From Rozella allomycis CSF55 (lineage: Eukaryota), in contig KE560926.1 of NCBI GenBank assembly GCA_000442015.1, positions 1 through 64,000 on the forward strand: DNA of 64,000 nt, written 5' to 3'. Made by a program: the position numbers and the translations under genes. The notes beneath the pieces are model-generated. The model searched no databases and was not told the DNA's origin. It worked only from the letters and a program-made list of their open reading frames with translations. How positions within the stretch are numbered: position 1 is the first letter of the stretch; every line of letters begins with the position of its first letter. Positions 25,534-38,051 of the stretch are shown here, in pieces.

Positions 25534-26448
25534 ATGGACGCTTGGAAAATAATTTTATCCCATATTTCTTTTGAAGACTTGCCCAAATTCTTGACACTTA
25601 ACAAATCTTTCTTTGAAGTTTTTCAAGATGACGAATTTTGGAAACAGCGTGTTTGTCTTGAGTTTGGTTATCCATGGCTTTACCGAGACATATTAAAACA
25701 GAACAGTATATTTGCTTCATTTCCCTCTAAATTTGACGTAGAGCCGATTTCTTTTCATAAATATTATCTACAAAGACATAAAGAAAATACTGAAAATGTT
25801 AACGTACAAAATATGTTGAATACGGCGAGAACTGGGATATTAAATTTTCAAAGAAATCCATCGGATATGGAAGTGCTATCAAAAGCGACAGATATATTGA
25901 TAGAATGCCTTGAAATTGAACCCACATCTTTCGAATCTGTGTATCTACTAGCCTACTCTTGCTATGTATTAAATGACTTTTCTACGTGCATGAAATTCTT
26001 TGATTTGTTAGATGAAACGGAAACGAACTTTCCAGCGGCTGATGAATTAAAACATGAGGTTTTGCAGCTTTTGGAAGGTGTCCAAGGAACTATTGAATAT
26101 CCCCCTTTAATTCTCGAAAATGAGTTGTCACAAGAAGCAGAGCATATACTTACTGAAATATTTAAGGTTCTTGACACTGAGAATAAGGGATACCTAGGTA
26201 TTGATGAATTTAACAGGCATATACTTTTTACGGGTGGATCGCACAAAGTGGATGCAGAGCAATTTAATCAAATAACTAGAAATTATAATGAAAATGCACA
26301 GCTTGGATTAAGCCTTCAGGGATTTATGAATTTATATTATGAACAAATACTTCATGATCCATCCGAATTTAGAAAGGATTTAGAACTTTACAACATGGAT
26401 CCGTATCTACTAAAACCAAAATCAATAAAAGCTGCTCAATGTGCATAG
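25534..26448 (+). CDS. F-box protein with TPR-like and EF-hand-like regions
   Basis: DAWKIILSHISFEDLPKFLTLNKSFFEVFQDDEFWK (F-box); ECLEIEPTSFESVYLLAYSCYVLNDF (TPR-like); IFKVLDTENKGYLGIDEF and LGLSLQGFMNLY (EF-hand pair). Confidence 0.7.
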   Translation: MDAWKIILSHISFEDLPKFLTLNKSFFEVFQDDEFWKQRVCLEFGYPWLYRDILKQNSIFASFPSKFDVEPISFHKYYLQRHKENTENVNVQNMLNTARTGILNFQRNPSDMEVLSKATDILIECLEIEPTSFESVYLLAYSCYVLNDFSTCMKFFDLLDETETNFPAADELKHEVLQLLEGVQGTIEYPPLILENELSQEAEHILTEIFKVLDTENKGYLGIDEFNRHILFTGGSHKVDAEQFNQITRNYNENAQLGLSLQGFMNLYYEQILHDPSEFRKDLELYNMDPYLLKPKSIKAAQCA

Positions 26449-26502
26449 ATAATAAAAATATACTGTTGAGATTGTATTAGAATCGGATTTTATTATCACA
26501 GA

Positions 26503-27132
26503 CTAATGAGTTCTTGCTTCCAATACCTTTTTATGTGTGGATGAATCCGATGTCTCTTTATCTTTTTTGCCCTTCTTTTCGTGGGGAGGAATAAAATCAT
26601 CTGGGGAGACCGTGTATCTAACAGTAGGCATCCACACCTCATATATTCCCTATTTTAAAAGCTATATCAACTTTACAAGTTCTTCGGGAGAGTTAATACC
26701 CAGTTCGTCCATTAACGGTTTAAAGTACTCCAGATACTCATGATAGTGGGTCAGCTTTGGAGTAATAGAACGACTATGTTTATGCAATAGATTCATTTAC
26801 AGAGCCACAAAGATTCGGACACACGTTGGAAAATCATTAAAAAGCCGTGCCTTCTTAATTGCAGCTTCAATAATAGGGGCAGTCGGCACAACATCGTAGC
26901 CAAAGACATTTGTTAGCACACATTGAAGCTCAATTATGTCGTATGACTTATTTATATTGTTGATCCAGGTCTTTTCAAACTCTTCTAGGTTGAACTCTCC
27001 GTGGTTAAAGCGAAAACGGTGAGCATTGACATTTTTGCTAATTAAATTTGGGGTAATACATAAGAAGGAACTTACCCTGCGATAATGAACATTATATGGC
27101 TTAATCATTCTTATCAATGGAGTCAATATCAT
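26503..27132 (-). CDS. COX6: Cytochrome c oxidase subunit Va/VI (fungal Cox6) with C-terminal extension; start 27132 or 27092
   Basis: ELQCVLTNVFGYDVVPTAPIIEAAIKKARLFNDFPTCVRIF...YLEYLKPLMDELGINSPEELG. Confidence 0.85.
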
Positions 27133-27343
27133 TGCAGAATCTGAAATTTCCTGAATTTGAACTCTTGAAGTCATCATTGAACATTTTTGTGCTATCCGCA
27201 AATGCTTTAAAAAGGTTTCAAATTGTTGGTTTTAAAATACCTTTGAAAAATAAAATAATCAATAAAAAGTTGCATATTAGTACAGAAACGGAATAAACAA
27301 TTATCGCGCTGAATTTTTTTCTGTAACTAAGGAACTGTAAGCA

Positions 27344-28898
27344 ATGGAAAGTTCAAATCAGTCATCGAAAACAAAGCCAAACAATGCATCCCGCCATTCC
27401 AAAGCCAAATCAGAAAGCGCAGCTTCTTCGAAAACGGAGAAGTTTATGGACTCTATTAAAAGAGAACTATCATCCCTAAATTTAAATCAGGTTGTTAAAT
27501 ATTTATCTAGCAATGTTGCCCGAAATCCTACTAATATGAACAATATTCCTATTACTTCAAAGCGGTAACTTGCACTCTTTACACTAAGAGCCAAAAGAGA
27601 GTTTACTTTGTGTAGATACACCCCTAATGATTTCAGTTTTTTGAAACTACTTGGAAAAGGCGGATCAGGGAAAGTATTTTTGGTTGAATGCTCTAATGGA
27701 TTTCGCTACGCCGCCAAAGTTATGTCAAAAGAAGATTTGCTTATTAAACAAGCTGTAAGACGATTTAGTGCCCATTTAAAGGAAAAAAGGGCCACAACAG
27801 AATTACATATACTAATGTCATTACGACATCCTTTTGTCTTAAAGCTGTTTCATTCAATGAAAGACGACAAGTTTCTATATTTTATTGTACAGTATTGTTC
27901 ACGAGGGGAATTTTTTAAACTGCTAAAGCGCCTGCCAGACAAAAGGATCGATGGTAACAAATAATCCTTTTGTTAAACCTTTAGAAGCAAGCGCTATATT
28001 TTATTCCTCGGAGATACTAACAGCATTAGAATATTTGCAAACATTAGGCATTATTTATCGTGACTTAAAACCTGGTAGAATATGAATGTGAATGACATTA
28101 GAAAATGTATTACTGGCTGACTCCGGTCACATTGTACTTTCTGATTTTGATATGTCCAAATTTGATAAAGACAGCACATTTCAAGGAAATAGAGAAAACA
28201 GCCTTAAACGAGCAGGTTTATACAGATCCAAATCTATCGGTAGATTATATTAAACATAGTTCCTAGTTGGTACTGATGAGTATCTCGCTCCTGAGATAAT
28301 AAGCGGTATAGGTCACGACAGGTAATTGGCGAAAATCAAAATTCATGATTTTAGGACAGTGGATTACTGGTCTTTTGGCATTCTATTGTACGAGATGATG
28401 GTATCACAATGTAATATTAAAAATCTTAGGTCGGTTACACCCCATTTAGGGCCAAAAATAAAAGCCAAACGTACCAAAAGATACTTTACGAAAAATTTGA
28501 CTTCCCTTGTGATATTATAGTAAGCAATGCATGGTTTTCTGATTGTCTAATGACATGCAATCAACTATCAAAAAATTGTTGATCAAAGTTCCGCAGAAAA
28601 GATTAGGAAACGAAAACGGCATAGCAGACATCAAATCGGAGAAAATATTTGTAAATGTACAATGGGCTTGTAAAATTTTCACTTTTTCGGGTTAGTGTTA
28701 CACAATAAAGTTCCACCGCTTCGTCATATCAATACCTATTGTGAAACCGCCGAGGAAAATCCGGAAAAAATCTCCTTAAGAAATGCTTTAGAGAAATATT
28801 TTTTTAAAAATGTGATGCCATCTGACGAAACGGCCTTTTCGGATTTTGAAAGCATAACCATGGTCGAGAATTTGCACGAAGCCCAACAAGGGAAATAA
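27344..28898 (+). CDS. AGC Ser/Thr kinase, Fpk1/Kin82/Nrc-2 type
   Basis: [29 protein letters not shown] (DFD instead of DFG), [36 protein letters not shown]; many micro-introns. Confidence 0.85.
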
Positions 28899-28940
28899 AA
28901 AAGAATTACATCTATATTTTTTTAATTAAAAAGCAAACAA

Positions 28941-31900
28941 ATGTTTCAGCAATATACTTTACTAGTTTCTGAAATTCATTTAATTACCATGGCGATGTTG
29001 GTAAAAATCCAGCTGGAAAGATTATTAGCGGAAAGTCCAGTTAATCAAAAAGAAATCAGGCAAGTTATATTTAAATGTCTTGAGACGATTGTAGGAAATC
29101 CAGCATCAAAGTATTCCGTTGAATTTTTGTGGGTGCCATTTAAGACAGCGCTAAATTCGCCCATTGTACAAGTTAAGGCCACTTGCTTGGACTCATTAAA
29201 CAAATTGATAGCCTTTAATATATTTGGTGGGGCTACAACAGTATTTAATGAACAAAATGAAGAATTTCTGGACCATTTGAGGCCGAACCTTTTTGGACAA
29301 GAAGAATGTCATATACCTGCGAAGGAGGGCATATTGATTCTGGATGAGATAAGTAGAATTCACTAATTAATATTAGCGGTATTCGCTTTATGTACCACAT
29401 ATAGTTCACAAGAAAACCTTCAAATCATGACATGTAAATTGCTTCTAACATGTACTGTCAATCCAAATCTCATTTTTCATGGTGTTTCATTAATATATTC
29501 ACTAAACCTGGCCTTTCGAATATTGATTGATTCAAGTACTGACAAAGTGAAGTGGACAACTGCCAAGGCAACTTTAATTCAAATGATAAACACATTCTTT
29601 CAAAAGCTGCGACTTAAAAGTCGAGGAGAAAATTTTTGTGCTAAGGATCTTCAAACTGATACGATTTTAATTATTCGATATTTATGTCAAGTGGGACATT
29701 TGCCCGATAATGACGTTGTGGCAGTTGCAGTGAGTTTACTAAATGCTAGTCTATTATACACTGACATACCAATGTTCCTAGATTCCAATTTCAGCAAAGT
29801 TTTAAAAGAAAATGTTTGTCCGCTTCTCTTACATCTTGGATCTACAACAAGACATGATATTCTGGAGGATACCATTTTAATTGGCTTTTCATTATTAAAA
29901 TTCCATCATACCTATTTAAAGCCTGAAATAGAATCCTTATTTTTGAACATCTACTTTAAAATCTTGGAAAATGCTGGTAATAAGAAAGAAGCAAATTTTG
30001 TTGTCGATTTCTTTTCCAAAATATGTTCTGAACCTCAATTATTGCTTGATTTATATGTAAATTATGATTGCGATCCCTGTATGGAATCTTTATACGAGAA
30101 ATTTGCATTTGAATTATGTCGAATCCCGGCACTGGATTGCTTGAAATTATTGGTCGAATCGTTGATGCAATGGTGCTTGAATAAAAGAGAAGGTTTAGAC
30201 ATAGGAAACAATGTTTCAGATGTTCTCGTTAGTCCAATAGATTCTGACACAATAATTTTGGATGAGCAAAGCTCAAGAAAAAGGCTATTGAAAGATTTAA
30301 TATCAGAATTTAACAAGTCTCCAATAAAAACCATTCAAAAATTCATAAATAATGGATTTTGTTTAGAAGACAGCAAAAGTGTAGCTGAATTTATACTACA
30401 TGAAAAGTCTTTGTCAAAGAAGGCAATAGGTAAGTAATACAAATGGATCATAATAGGCGAATTACTTGGAGAAAATGATTCATTCTTTATTAAAGTTATG
30501 CATTCTTTTGTTGATCAACTTGATTTTAGAGAAATGAAATTTGTGACCGCTCTAAGGTCTTTCCTTCAAAAGTTTAGATTACCTGGTGAATCACAAAAAA
30601 TTGATAGACTTATGGAGAAATTTGCGGAAAGATACGTGGCGTGCAATCCATGTGTGTTTTCTACTGCGGATACAGCATACACTCTTGCGTATTCTATAAT
30701 AATGTAAGAGATCAATTATATTTAAGAAAAGGTTAAATACTGATCAACATTCAAAGCAAGTGAAAAAGAAAATGGACAAATCAGCATTTATAAAAAACAA
30801 TCGCGGTATTAATAACAATAAGGATTTGCCTGATGTCTTTTTAGAGGAAATATTTAATGAAATATCAGAAAATGAAATAGTTTTAGAAGATGAAAGAAAC
30901 ATTAGAAGATCTAGCTTCATTCTCAATCAGCCTATATCAATTAAAGTAACAAAACAAAAGGGAACACCTTCTGAATATCAAAAAGCAAAATCAGTAGATC
31001 ATGTGAAGTATATGTTTTCTTCCATAAACAAAGAAATGATAGCATGCATTGAAAAAGAATATGAAACGAATGGTGGATTTAAATATCTTGAAATTTATCC
31101 AGCGTGTTTGAACATTTGTAGTTTGTTTGGGCTAGTCTTGGAACGTGATTCTATAATTGAATCGTTAAAGAAACTTTCAACTTTGAAAGGAAAAAGTACA
31201 GAGGCAATGAAAGCGATAATAAATTTGGGAAACTATTTTGGGAACTTTTTGGATGCAAATTGGGCTCATGTTCTGGAAACAGTCGCTACTATAGAATCTA
31301 GCAATTCAATAGATGATTTTAATGAATTTGAAAACCAAAATTTACTCGTTTCAATTGATAGAATCTTTTCACATTCTGTTGACTTGGATGGAGAAGCAAT
31401 TATTTATTTTTTCACTGCGTTAATTGGAACATACAAGAAAATTGATGAAAGTCGTCTAGTTTCCTTGAGAAGAGTTGTTGAAGTTTGCTTCTTTAATACA
31501 AACAGAATTCGATTGGAATGGAATCAAATCTGGAAAATCGTCGCGCCGTTATTTAAAGAATTGGGCAGTAATTTAAACGAAAGAATTTCTATCTTTGCTA
31601 TTGATTCCTTGCGACAACTTTCACTTAAACTTTTGGAAAAGGATGAATTGGCTCATTTTCATGGGCAGAGTTCCTTTCTTTCAATCTTTGAAGAAATATT
31701 TAAATCAAATTCTCTGATTAATATAAAAGAATTAATTATTGATTCAATTTCTCAAATGATTGATTCTAAAAGCAAAAACCTTAAATCTGGTTGGGTAATC
31801 GTTTTCCGAATTTTATCAAATGCAGCCCAGAGTAAAAACTTAATTTTAATTGAAAAATCGTTTGCTGTTCTTAAAATAATCAAGCAAAAATATCTTTCTT

Positions 31901-32889
31901 TTGTGACTTGTTATTCTTTTGATACGCTAATACAGACAGTAATCTGTTTCCATCTCAATGAAACTTCTGAAAAGATTTCTTTAGAAAGTTTAAACATATT
32001 CGAGTTTATTTGTACATTTTGTGTACAAGATAATGTTGATTACTCTTGGGAAACTATTCTATTCGCATTTGAGAACATTCTTTTTAAAGACGGTTACACA
32101 TTGGCAAACGAGAAAGTTTCATCTCTTTTAAATATTTTAAATGTCTTGAGTGTCAATTTTAAATTGAATGATTGGGATGTATTCTGTGATTCTTTTTTAA
32201 AGCCAGCAATTGGCTATTTAACCGAACTGTCGAGTTTTGGTTTGCTTTCATTAATTTTGCAAATATTTGATAACAAATACCAACATTTCCCAAGAAATGA
32301 ATTTTTATATCTCTTTTTTGAAATTTTAAAAGAGGCAGCAATCAAGAACATTTCGCCCGAATTTACTGTAGGATGCTTTTCAAAATTCTTGAAACTAAAA
32401 ATTGATTCGGATAACTCTCACATTAAAAGTTTTATAGTACATGTATTGCTTCATAACAAAGACATTCCCATTACTGAAGGCCTTTTACATCAAATTGCAA
32501 TTGATTATCAGCTACTTGAATTTTGTCACGTTGAGTTACTTGAAATTCTCCACGAGAACTATATTCATTATTACAATATGAAAAACATTGAATGCTCAAA
32601 GGCTGCAATGCTTGTAATCATTGCCGTCGTTTTCTCAAATTTATCGAATGGTGCAATTGTAACTCAAGGTTTCAAAACCATAATCTTTCATTTTCAAAAT
32701 AATGAACCTGTACTTTATGATCTATCCATAAATATTCTTGATAAATTATCTGATATTAACCTTCGCTTGTATCCAACTATCCCTATTCCCCTATTGTACG
32801 AATCCAGCGTCATGCTTTTGTCCAACAGCTCTCCACTTGTAAATTCTATTAAAAATTTCCTTATAAATTTAAAATCAAGTATATTTTAA
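28941..32889 (+). CDS. SEC7: Large Arf-GEF, Sec7/BIG family
   Basis: [10 protein letters not shown] (DCB), LYVNYDCD (HUS), [33 protein letters not shown] (Sec7 domain), [25 protein letters not shown] (HDS). Start may be ATG 28989. Confidence 0.95.
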
Positions 32890-32953
32890 GAAACAAACAA
32901 TAAATAAATTTAGTCAATTCCTTAAATTACAAAACAATTATCAAAAAGTTACA

Positions 32954-32978
32954 TGCGAACATCGTGGATCGAACACGA

Positions 32979-33020
<42 letters not shown>

Positions 33021-33026
33021 GTTCGC
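32954..33026 (-). tRNA. tRNA-Phe(GAA), intronless
   Basis: Minus strand GCGAACATAGCTCAGTTGGGAGAGCGTCAGACTGAAGATCTGAAGGTCTCGTGTTCGATCCACGATGTTCGCA: 7-bp acceptor stem, D loop, anticodon loop CTGAAGA, TTCGA T loop. Confidence 0.97.
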
Positions 33027-33198
33027 TTGTGATTTGACAAGTTTACATATTATGAAAATTACATTTGCGTCTTAATTCGATACATATTAGTGGTATAGGT
33101 TCCTAACCCCTTTAGGATTACGAAATTATAGTTATGCTTAAAGCATCACCCAATCTGGTTCGTGAACTGAATTTCCTAAATTAGAAAAACTCATCATT

Positions 33199-33996
33199 AT
33201 GAAATTGTTTCGATTCAATGTATTAAAGCAAATTTCCACCTTGAAAGTCAGAAACTATGGGGTTATATCAGATGCTGATTATAAGCACAAACAAAGCAGC
33301 GTCATTAGAAATCGAATCTATGCTGGTGAACTTGATATCATAATGGGTCAGCGTTTTATTGATGAATACGCGTCGGAGACAAGTGCTGTTAAAAGAGCAG
33401 GACTAATAACAAAGCAGGCGGCCAGGCGCCTCTACGGGTACAAATTTTGACATGGCTTTTTAAAGGGAATTCGTTTTGAAAAAAGAACTGGATGGTTTTA
33501 ATCTAAATTCATTTAAAATTGAAGCTGAAAATCTCTATAAAACACTGAACTTGGCTATCACAGAGTAATTGGATTAGAAGTCGTTTGTAGGGGTGACTTG
33601 ATAACACTGTCTAATATCTGCACAATGAAATATATGACCGAAATTAAAAAGTACGCAAGACAAGAAAATAAAAGACGAACAAAGTTAAAGTGGGAACTGA
33701 TAAAGATGGAAAAGACACCTTCGATCGTTGATGTGATTGTTGCCTCTTTTGAAGGAATCAAAGGGAATACTGAGCTAGTTGCGCAAATAACTTTAATGTT
33801 TAATTCCAAACAAGTAAATTATGAACACTATTTTTAAAAGCGATTGACAAGAATGGTAGGTGACGCAAATCCAGTACCAGTTCCCTTCGAGCCTAAAGAT
33901 CCTATCCGTGATATAATAGTTTTCGAAAGATATCTTAAAAACCCGTTTGACATTTGGAAAATAGCGGGCAGAATGCAAAAATATATCGGAGAATAA
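33199..33996 (+). CDS. Tim44-like domain mitochondrial protein (MRPL45/Mba1-like)
   Basis: Basic presequence; AENLYK, KWELIK, VAQITLMFNSKQ, DIIVFERYLKNPFDIWKIAGR; two introns. Confidence 0.7.
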
Positions 33997-34134
33997 ACAT
34001 TTCTCTATATTTAAAAAACTCTGGTTTTTGGATTAAATTAGACACACACTTGAACCAGGGCCCATAGTGAGTAGTCTAATAACGAAATTTTTCGCTCATT
34101 ACTCAGTAAGGTCGAAAAATTATTTTGATGACCC

Positions 34135-34778
34135 ATGTCCGCCATTCAAATCAAGGTTGGAATCCTTGGTCTTCAAGGCAACTTTCTGGAACATATGAAT
34201 GCACTTTCGAAATTTAACGTAGATTCCATAAAAATTATACGAAAAGAAGACCTGCAATTAATCGACGCGCTCATCATTCCTGGAGGTGAATCCACGACAA
34301 TTTCGACCATAGCCCTTTCAATGGACTTAATGGATAGTATTAGGGCCTTTATAAGTTCAAAAAAGCCGGTTTGGGTAATCCTTCTACGTTATGTTTATAG
34401 GGAACTTGTGCAGGCTTAATAATGTTGAGCGAGTTCATAGATGGTAATTCCGAAATTAAGACATTTGGTGGATTATCTGTTATTGTTCAAAGGAACTATT
34501 TCGGTTCACAATTGAACTCGGCTATACGAACAGTGAATATTCATGACAAAGATCTAGGAAAAGATCAAATCAAAGCAATATTTATTAGGGCGCCAGTTAT
34601 AAAGTCAATACTTAATTCGCCATTGACATCCATAAAAATACTCGGTACATTAGAGTCAGGTGAAATTGTAGCCGTGCGCCAAGGAAATATTTTGGCAACT
34701 TGCTTCCATCCAGAATTGTCGGACGATGATACTGTTTTTCATGAATATTTTTTCAACATGATTAAAGAAAGCAAATAA
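34135..34778 (+). CDS. SNO1: Pyridoxal 5'-phosphate synthase glutaminase subunit (Pdx2/Sno)
   Basis: GILGLQGNFLEH, IIPGGESTT, W/GTCAGLI across an intron, RNYFGSQ, FIRAP, TCFHPEL (Cys-His-Glu triad). Confidence 0.95.
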
Positions 34779-35142
34779 GCACCTAAATAAACAAAACATT
34801 TCAAAATTCATGCAAAACAACTGGAAGCACAATCTATTTCTAAAGTTCTGGACAACCGATATTTAAGAATTGGTCCCGCTCTCCCAAATTCCAGATTTTT
34901 CTTGAAGTTGATATATTTATTTCTTGCATTGAATGAGGAGTTTCACTTTCATGTACTAATAGTGATTTCATAAACCCTGAGGCCTGAATTCGTCATTAAC
35001 ATTCTCCTTGAATTTCTAGCTTTAGTATTAAATTCCCAAATATTCCAAGGATATTCAAAATATTTCAGGATATGATCCATTATTGCAAGATCTAAGTACT
35101 TTAGGTCGTAGATGTACGATTAGCAAATTTCAAAATAGAGTA

Positions 35143-35442
35143 ATGAGATTCAAAATATACAATTCCCCTAAAAGAGGACAATTCTTCACAGAACAAGAAG
35201 TTGAAAGGCTCGCCTACAAATTCATGACTAATTGTGAATTCTTCCCGCTCAGGACTCGCATGATCGCGGCCAATAAATTGCACCACATGCCTCGTGCTTC
35301 GTCTAAAATATTCTATAAAAAACGATGCATTGTTACTGGCCACGCTCGTTCTTTGGTACAAAACTTTCAAATCTCAAGACATGTAATGCGTCAAAGGGCA
35401 TTGAATGAAAAGCTTCCATTTGTAACAAGAGCATGCTGGTAA
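35143..35442 (+). CDS. MRP2: Mitochondrial ribosomal protein S14 (Mrp2); start uncertain (ORF open from 35083)
   Basis: EVERLAYK, LPLRTR-like segment, RCIVTGHAR, ISRHVMRQRA...LPFVTRACW C-terminus. Confidence 0.85.
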   Translation: MRFKIYNSPKRGQFFTEQEVERLAYKFMTNCEFFPLRTRMIAANKLHHMPRASSKIFYKKRCIVTGHARSLVQNFQISRHVMRQRALNEKLPFVTRACW

Positions 35443-35835
35443 AGATAAATAAATATGTAATTCTTTTTCAAGTTATGATATTATTACAAGTTGACACATG
35501 GCTTTTTGATAATAGGCAACGGGGCCCGTGTTTAGGGCTAAATTCTAGTTGGGACATTAGAAGACGACAGGTGATGACGTAGGCGCTCACTTCGATGTGA
35601 CAATCAGAGATTACCAAAACTTAGTATATGTGTTTTTATTTAACATACTCTCGATATAATCTAGCAAGAGAAATCGACAAAAATGAATTTTATTTCTTTC
35701 CTACGTAAGTTCTTAGTCTTAAATAGTTGACAAGTTTAAAATTGCCAGTATAATATGAATTTCATTGTTATTTGTTCAATGGACAGAAATTGACTCCAAT
35801 TTTTAACTTAGAAACCAACTTGATTTCCATTTATA

Positions 35836-36296
35836 ATGTCGAAAGCACAAAACCAAGTACATCAAAATTCTATTCTGGCGGAAACTATTAAAAAAGAAAC
35901 CAAAAGATTCGAACTATATTCAAAATATTCTTATACTCCAAATATGATCAAAAGTAATCAGTACTTATTAACTAATGAAAAGGTATCGTAACTACCCAAA
36001 AACCTAATCAAATAACACTTAATAGAGACTCATCTAAAATCTTAGATGGTAATCTTTTATAGAAAAAAGTAGGAAGATGAATATGAAAAATTGCTAAAAC
36101 GGACACAGGCAACCCCTAAAGAGTTGTACGAAAAACCAATAACTACATCACACGAATATGGCTGGGAAACTAGGCAGTTTGTAATTTAATTAACAACTTA
36201 CGATAGTTACCTGAAAATTTTCATCCAAGGTTTCGTCATCCTAAGTTGAGTTCAGAAATAACCAAGTTATATGGTACGCCATTAAATAGGAAATAA
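35836..36296 (+). CDS. CFAP144: FAM183/CFAP144 ciliary microtubule inner protein (3 micro-introns); not in ORF track
   Basis: Spliced: MSKAQNQVHQNSILAETIKKETKRFELYSKY...TQKPN...ATPKELYEKPITTSHEYGWETRQF/LPENFHPRFRHPKLSSEITKLYG; matches the FAM183 pattern VHQNxIL..., PxxKYxxPxTxSxExGW, HPxxxSEITK. Confidence 0.8.
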
Positions 36297-36382
36297 ATGG
36301 TCCTCATTCAAAAACATGATCAATCACATGACATCAATAATCATTTAAGGAAGGTGCTAAAAATAATTTAAAATATTCCGTT

Positions 36383-37987
36383 ATGAGGTTAGCACTAATC
36401 GCCCACTCAAGTAAGCATGCCAACCTACTTCGCCACCAGAGGCTCTTTTCGAATACAGTGGCGGAAAGCAGTGAGACACAAAAAAGATCTATGGCATTTA
36501 GGAACAAATCCACTTTTAACCTACTAATATCTCTTACTGTTTACAAGTTATGCTCCTTTCAATCCCTTATCAGAATATCACCAAAATTGATATCCGCTAC
36601 TGAGAAACTAAAATTAAACGGACCTCTTTACTGGATGATTAGGCATACCTTCTTCAAGCATTTCTGTGGTGGTGAGAATGAAAAGGACGTTATACCAACA
36701 ATAAAATCACTGCATTCAGAAAACATCGGCAGCATTTTAGACCTCTCCGTGGAAAGTGATTTAGTACATGAAGGCGGAAATAAGAGTTTAATGTACGAGT
36801 CAATAAGATTGAAGCAGGATGATATCGCTGCTAAAATAATCAAAGGAATTGAAATTGCGCGCAATGTTCCTCAAAGCTTTGTAGCTTTAAAAGTGACTTC
36901 ATTGGTCCCTCCAATATTGCTCGAGTCCATATCAAAGGTTTTAAAAGGGATTGATAGCAGTTTAAATTCCATTGTAGTCGATCCAGGAAATATCACGTAT
37001 GAAGAGTTTGAAAAGATTGTACTTCACCTTCCGAATGGCGATTCCATATGTAAAAGCGACATTGTGACTTTATATGAAAATATTGAAGAAAGTGGAATTG
37101 TTGATTGCCTTCAAGTTAAAGCGTTCTTACACCCCTTAAATAGCGACATTTCCTATTTTTTCATCAAAAAGGACTTGTTAACAAATGATTGTATTCAGGA
37201 ATTAAAAACTGCTATTCAAAGACTAGATAATATAAACAGTTTTGCTAAAGAAAATGGTGTTAAACTGATGTATGATGCCGAACAATCGTACTTCCAGCCA
37301 GCAATAGATTTGTTAACTTTTTATTTCAGTAAATCTTGGAATAAAAGCACCAATCTGCCAATAATTTTCAGCACGTACCAAATGTACCTCAAAGAAAGTT
37401 TTTCAAAATTAAAGAATGATGTAAAATTATCTCAGCGTTTTGATTACACATTCGCAGCGAAAATAGTAAGGGGTGCCTATATGGTATCAGAAAATAATCT
37501 AGCACAAACGCTTAGTCGCCCCAAGATAATCCATGAATCCATTGAAGACACACATAAATCTTATGACGATGCCGTTTCTTTTCTTTTGGACATGAAAAAA
37601 AGCTCAAGGAACGGGATACAATTTATGGTCGCTACTCATAACATTTCATCTATGACCAAGACAATTAAAAAAGCTGAAGATTTAAGCCTATCCATTAAAG
37701 ATGATTCTTCAGTATCCTTTGGACAATTACTTGGAATGTGTGATTTTATGTCATACGATCTTAGCAGAAAAGGCTATAAAGTATACAAATATGTACCTTA
37801 CGGACCTTTACAAGAGGTTATCCCCTACTTAATGCGACGTGCACAGGAAAACTCATCAATTTTAGGAACCTCAGGACACGATCAATATTTTATTCGACAA
37901 GAGTTGCAAAATAGATTTTTCGGGTTATCCAAATGGAAGAGAATATTTGAGTATCAAAATGAAGATAAAATTAAACCAGTCAAATAA
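36383..37987 (+). CDS. PUT1: Mitochondrial proline dehydrogenase
   Basis: TFFKHFCGGE, FVALKVT, MYDAEQSYFQPAID, TYQMYLK, KIVRGAYM, MVATHN, FGQLLGMCD, YKYVPYGP...PYLMRRAQEN. Confidence 0.96.
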   Translation: MRLALIAHSSKHANLLRHQRLFSNTVAESSETQKRSMAFRNKSTFNLLISLTVYKLCSFQSLIRISPKLISATEKLKLNGPLYWMIRHTFFKHFCGGENEKDVIPTIKSLHSENIGSILDLSVESDLVHEGGNKSLMYESIRLKQDDIAAKIIKGIEIARNVPQSFVALKVTSLVPPILLESISKVLKGIDSSLNSIVVDPGNITYEEFEKIVLHLPNGDSICKSDIVTLYENIEESGIVDCLQVKAFLHPLNSDISYFFIKKDLLTNDCIQELKTAIQRLDNINSFAKENGVKLMYDAEQSYFQPAIDLLTFYFSKSWNKSTNLPIIFSTYQMYLKESFSKLKNDVKLSQRFDYTFAAKIVRGAYMVSENNLAQTLSRPKIIHESIEDTHKSYDDAVSFLLDMKKSSRNGIQFMVATHNISSMTKTIKKAEDLSLSIKDDSSVSFGQLLGMCDFMSYDLSRKGYKVYKYVPYGPLQEVIPYLMRRAQENSSILGTSGHDQYFIRQELQNRFFGLSKWKRIFEYQNEDKIKPVK

Positions 37988-38051
37988 ATCTCTTTTTAAT
38001 AAGCTTGACAATACTTTACTTTCGTGGCTTTGACAATTGAGAAATTGGGAG

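Noticed and set aside
34779-35082. Possible small minus-strand gene between SNO1 and MRP2
   Set aside because: Several 40-45 codon frames but no consistent splice path or recognisable product.
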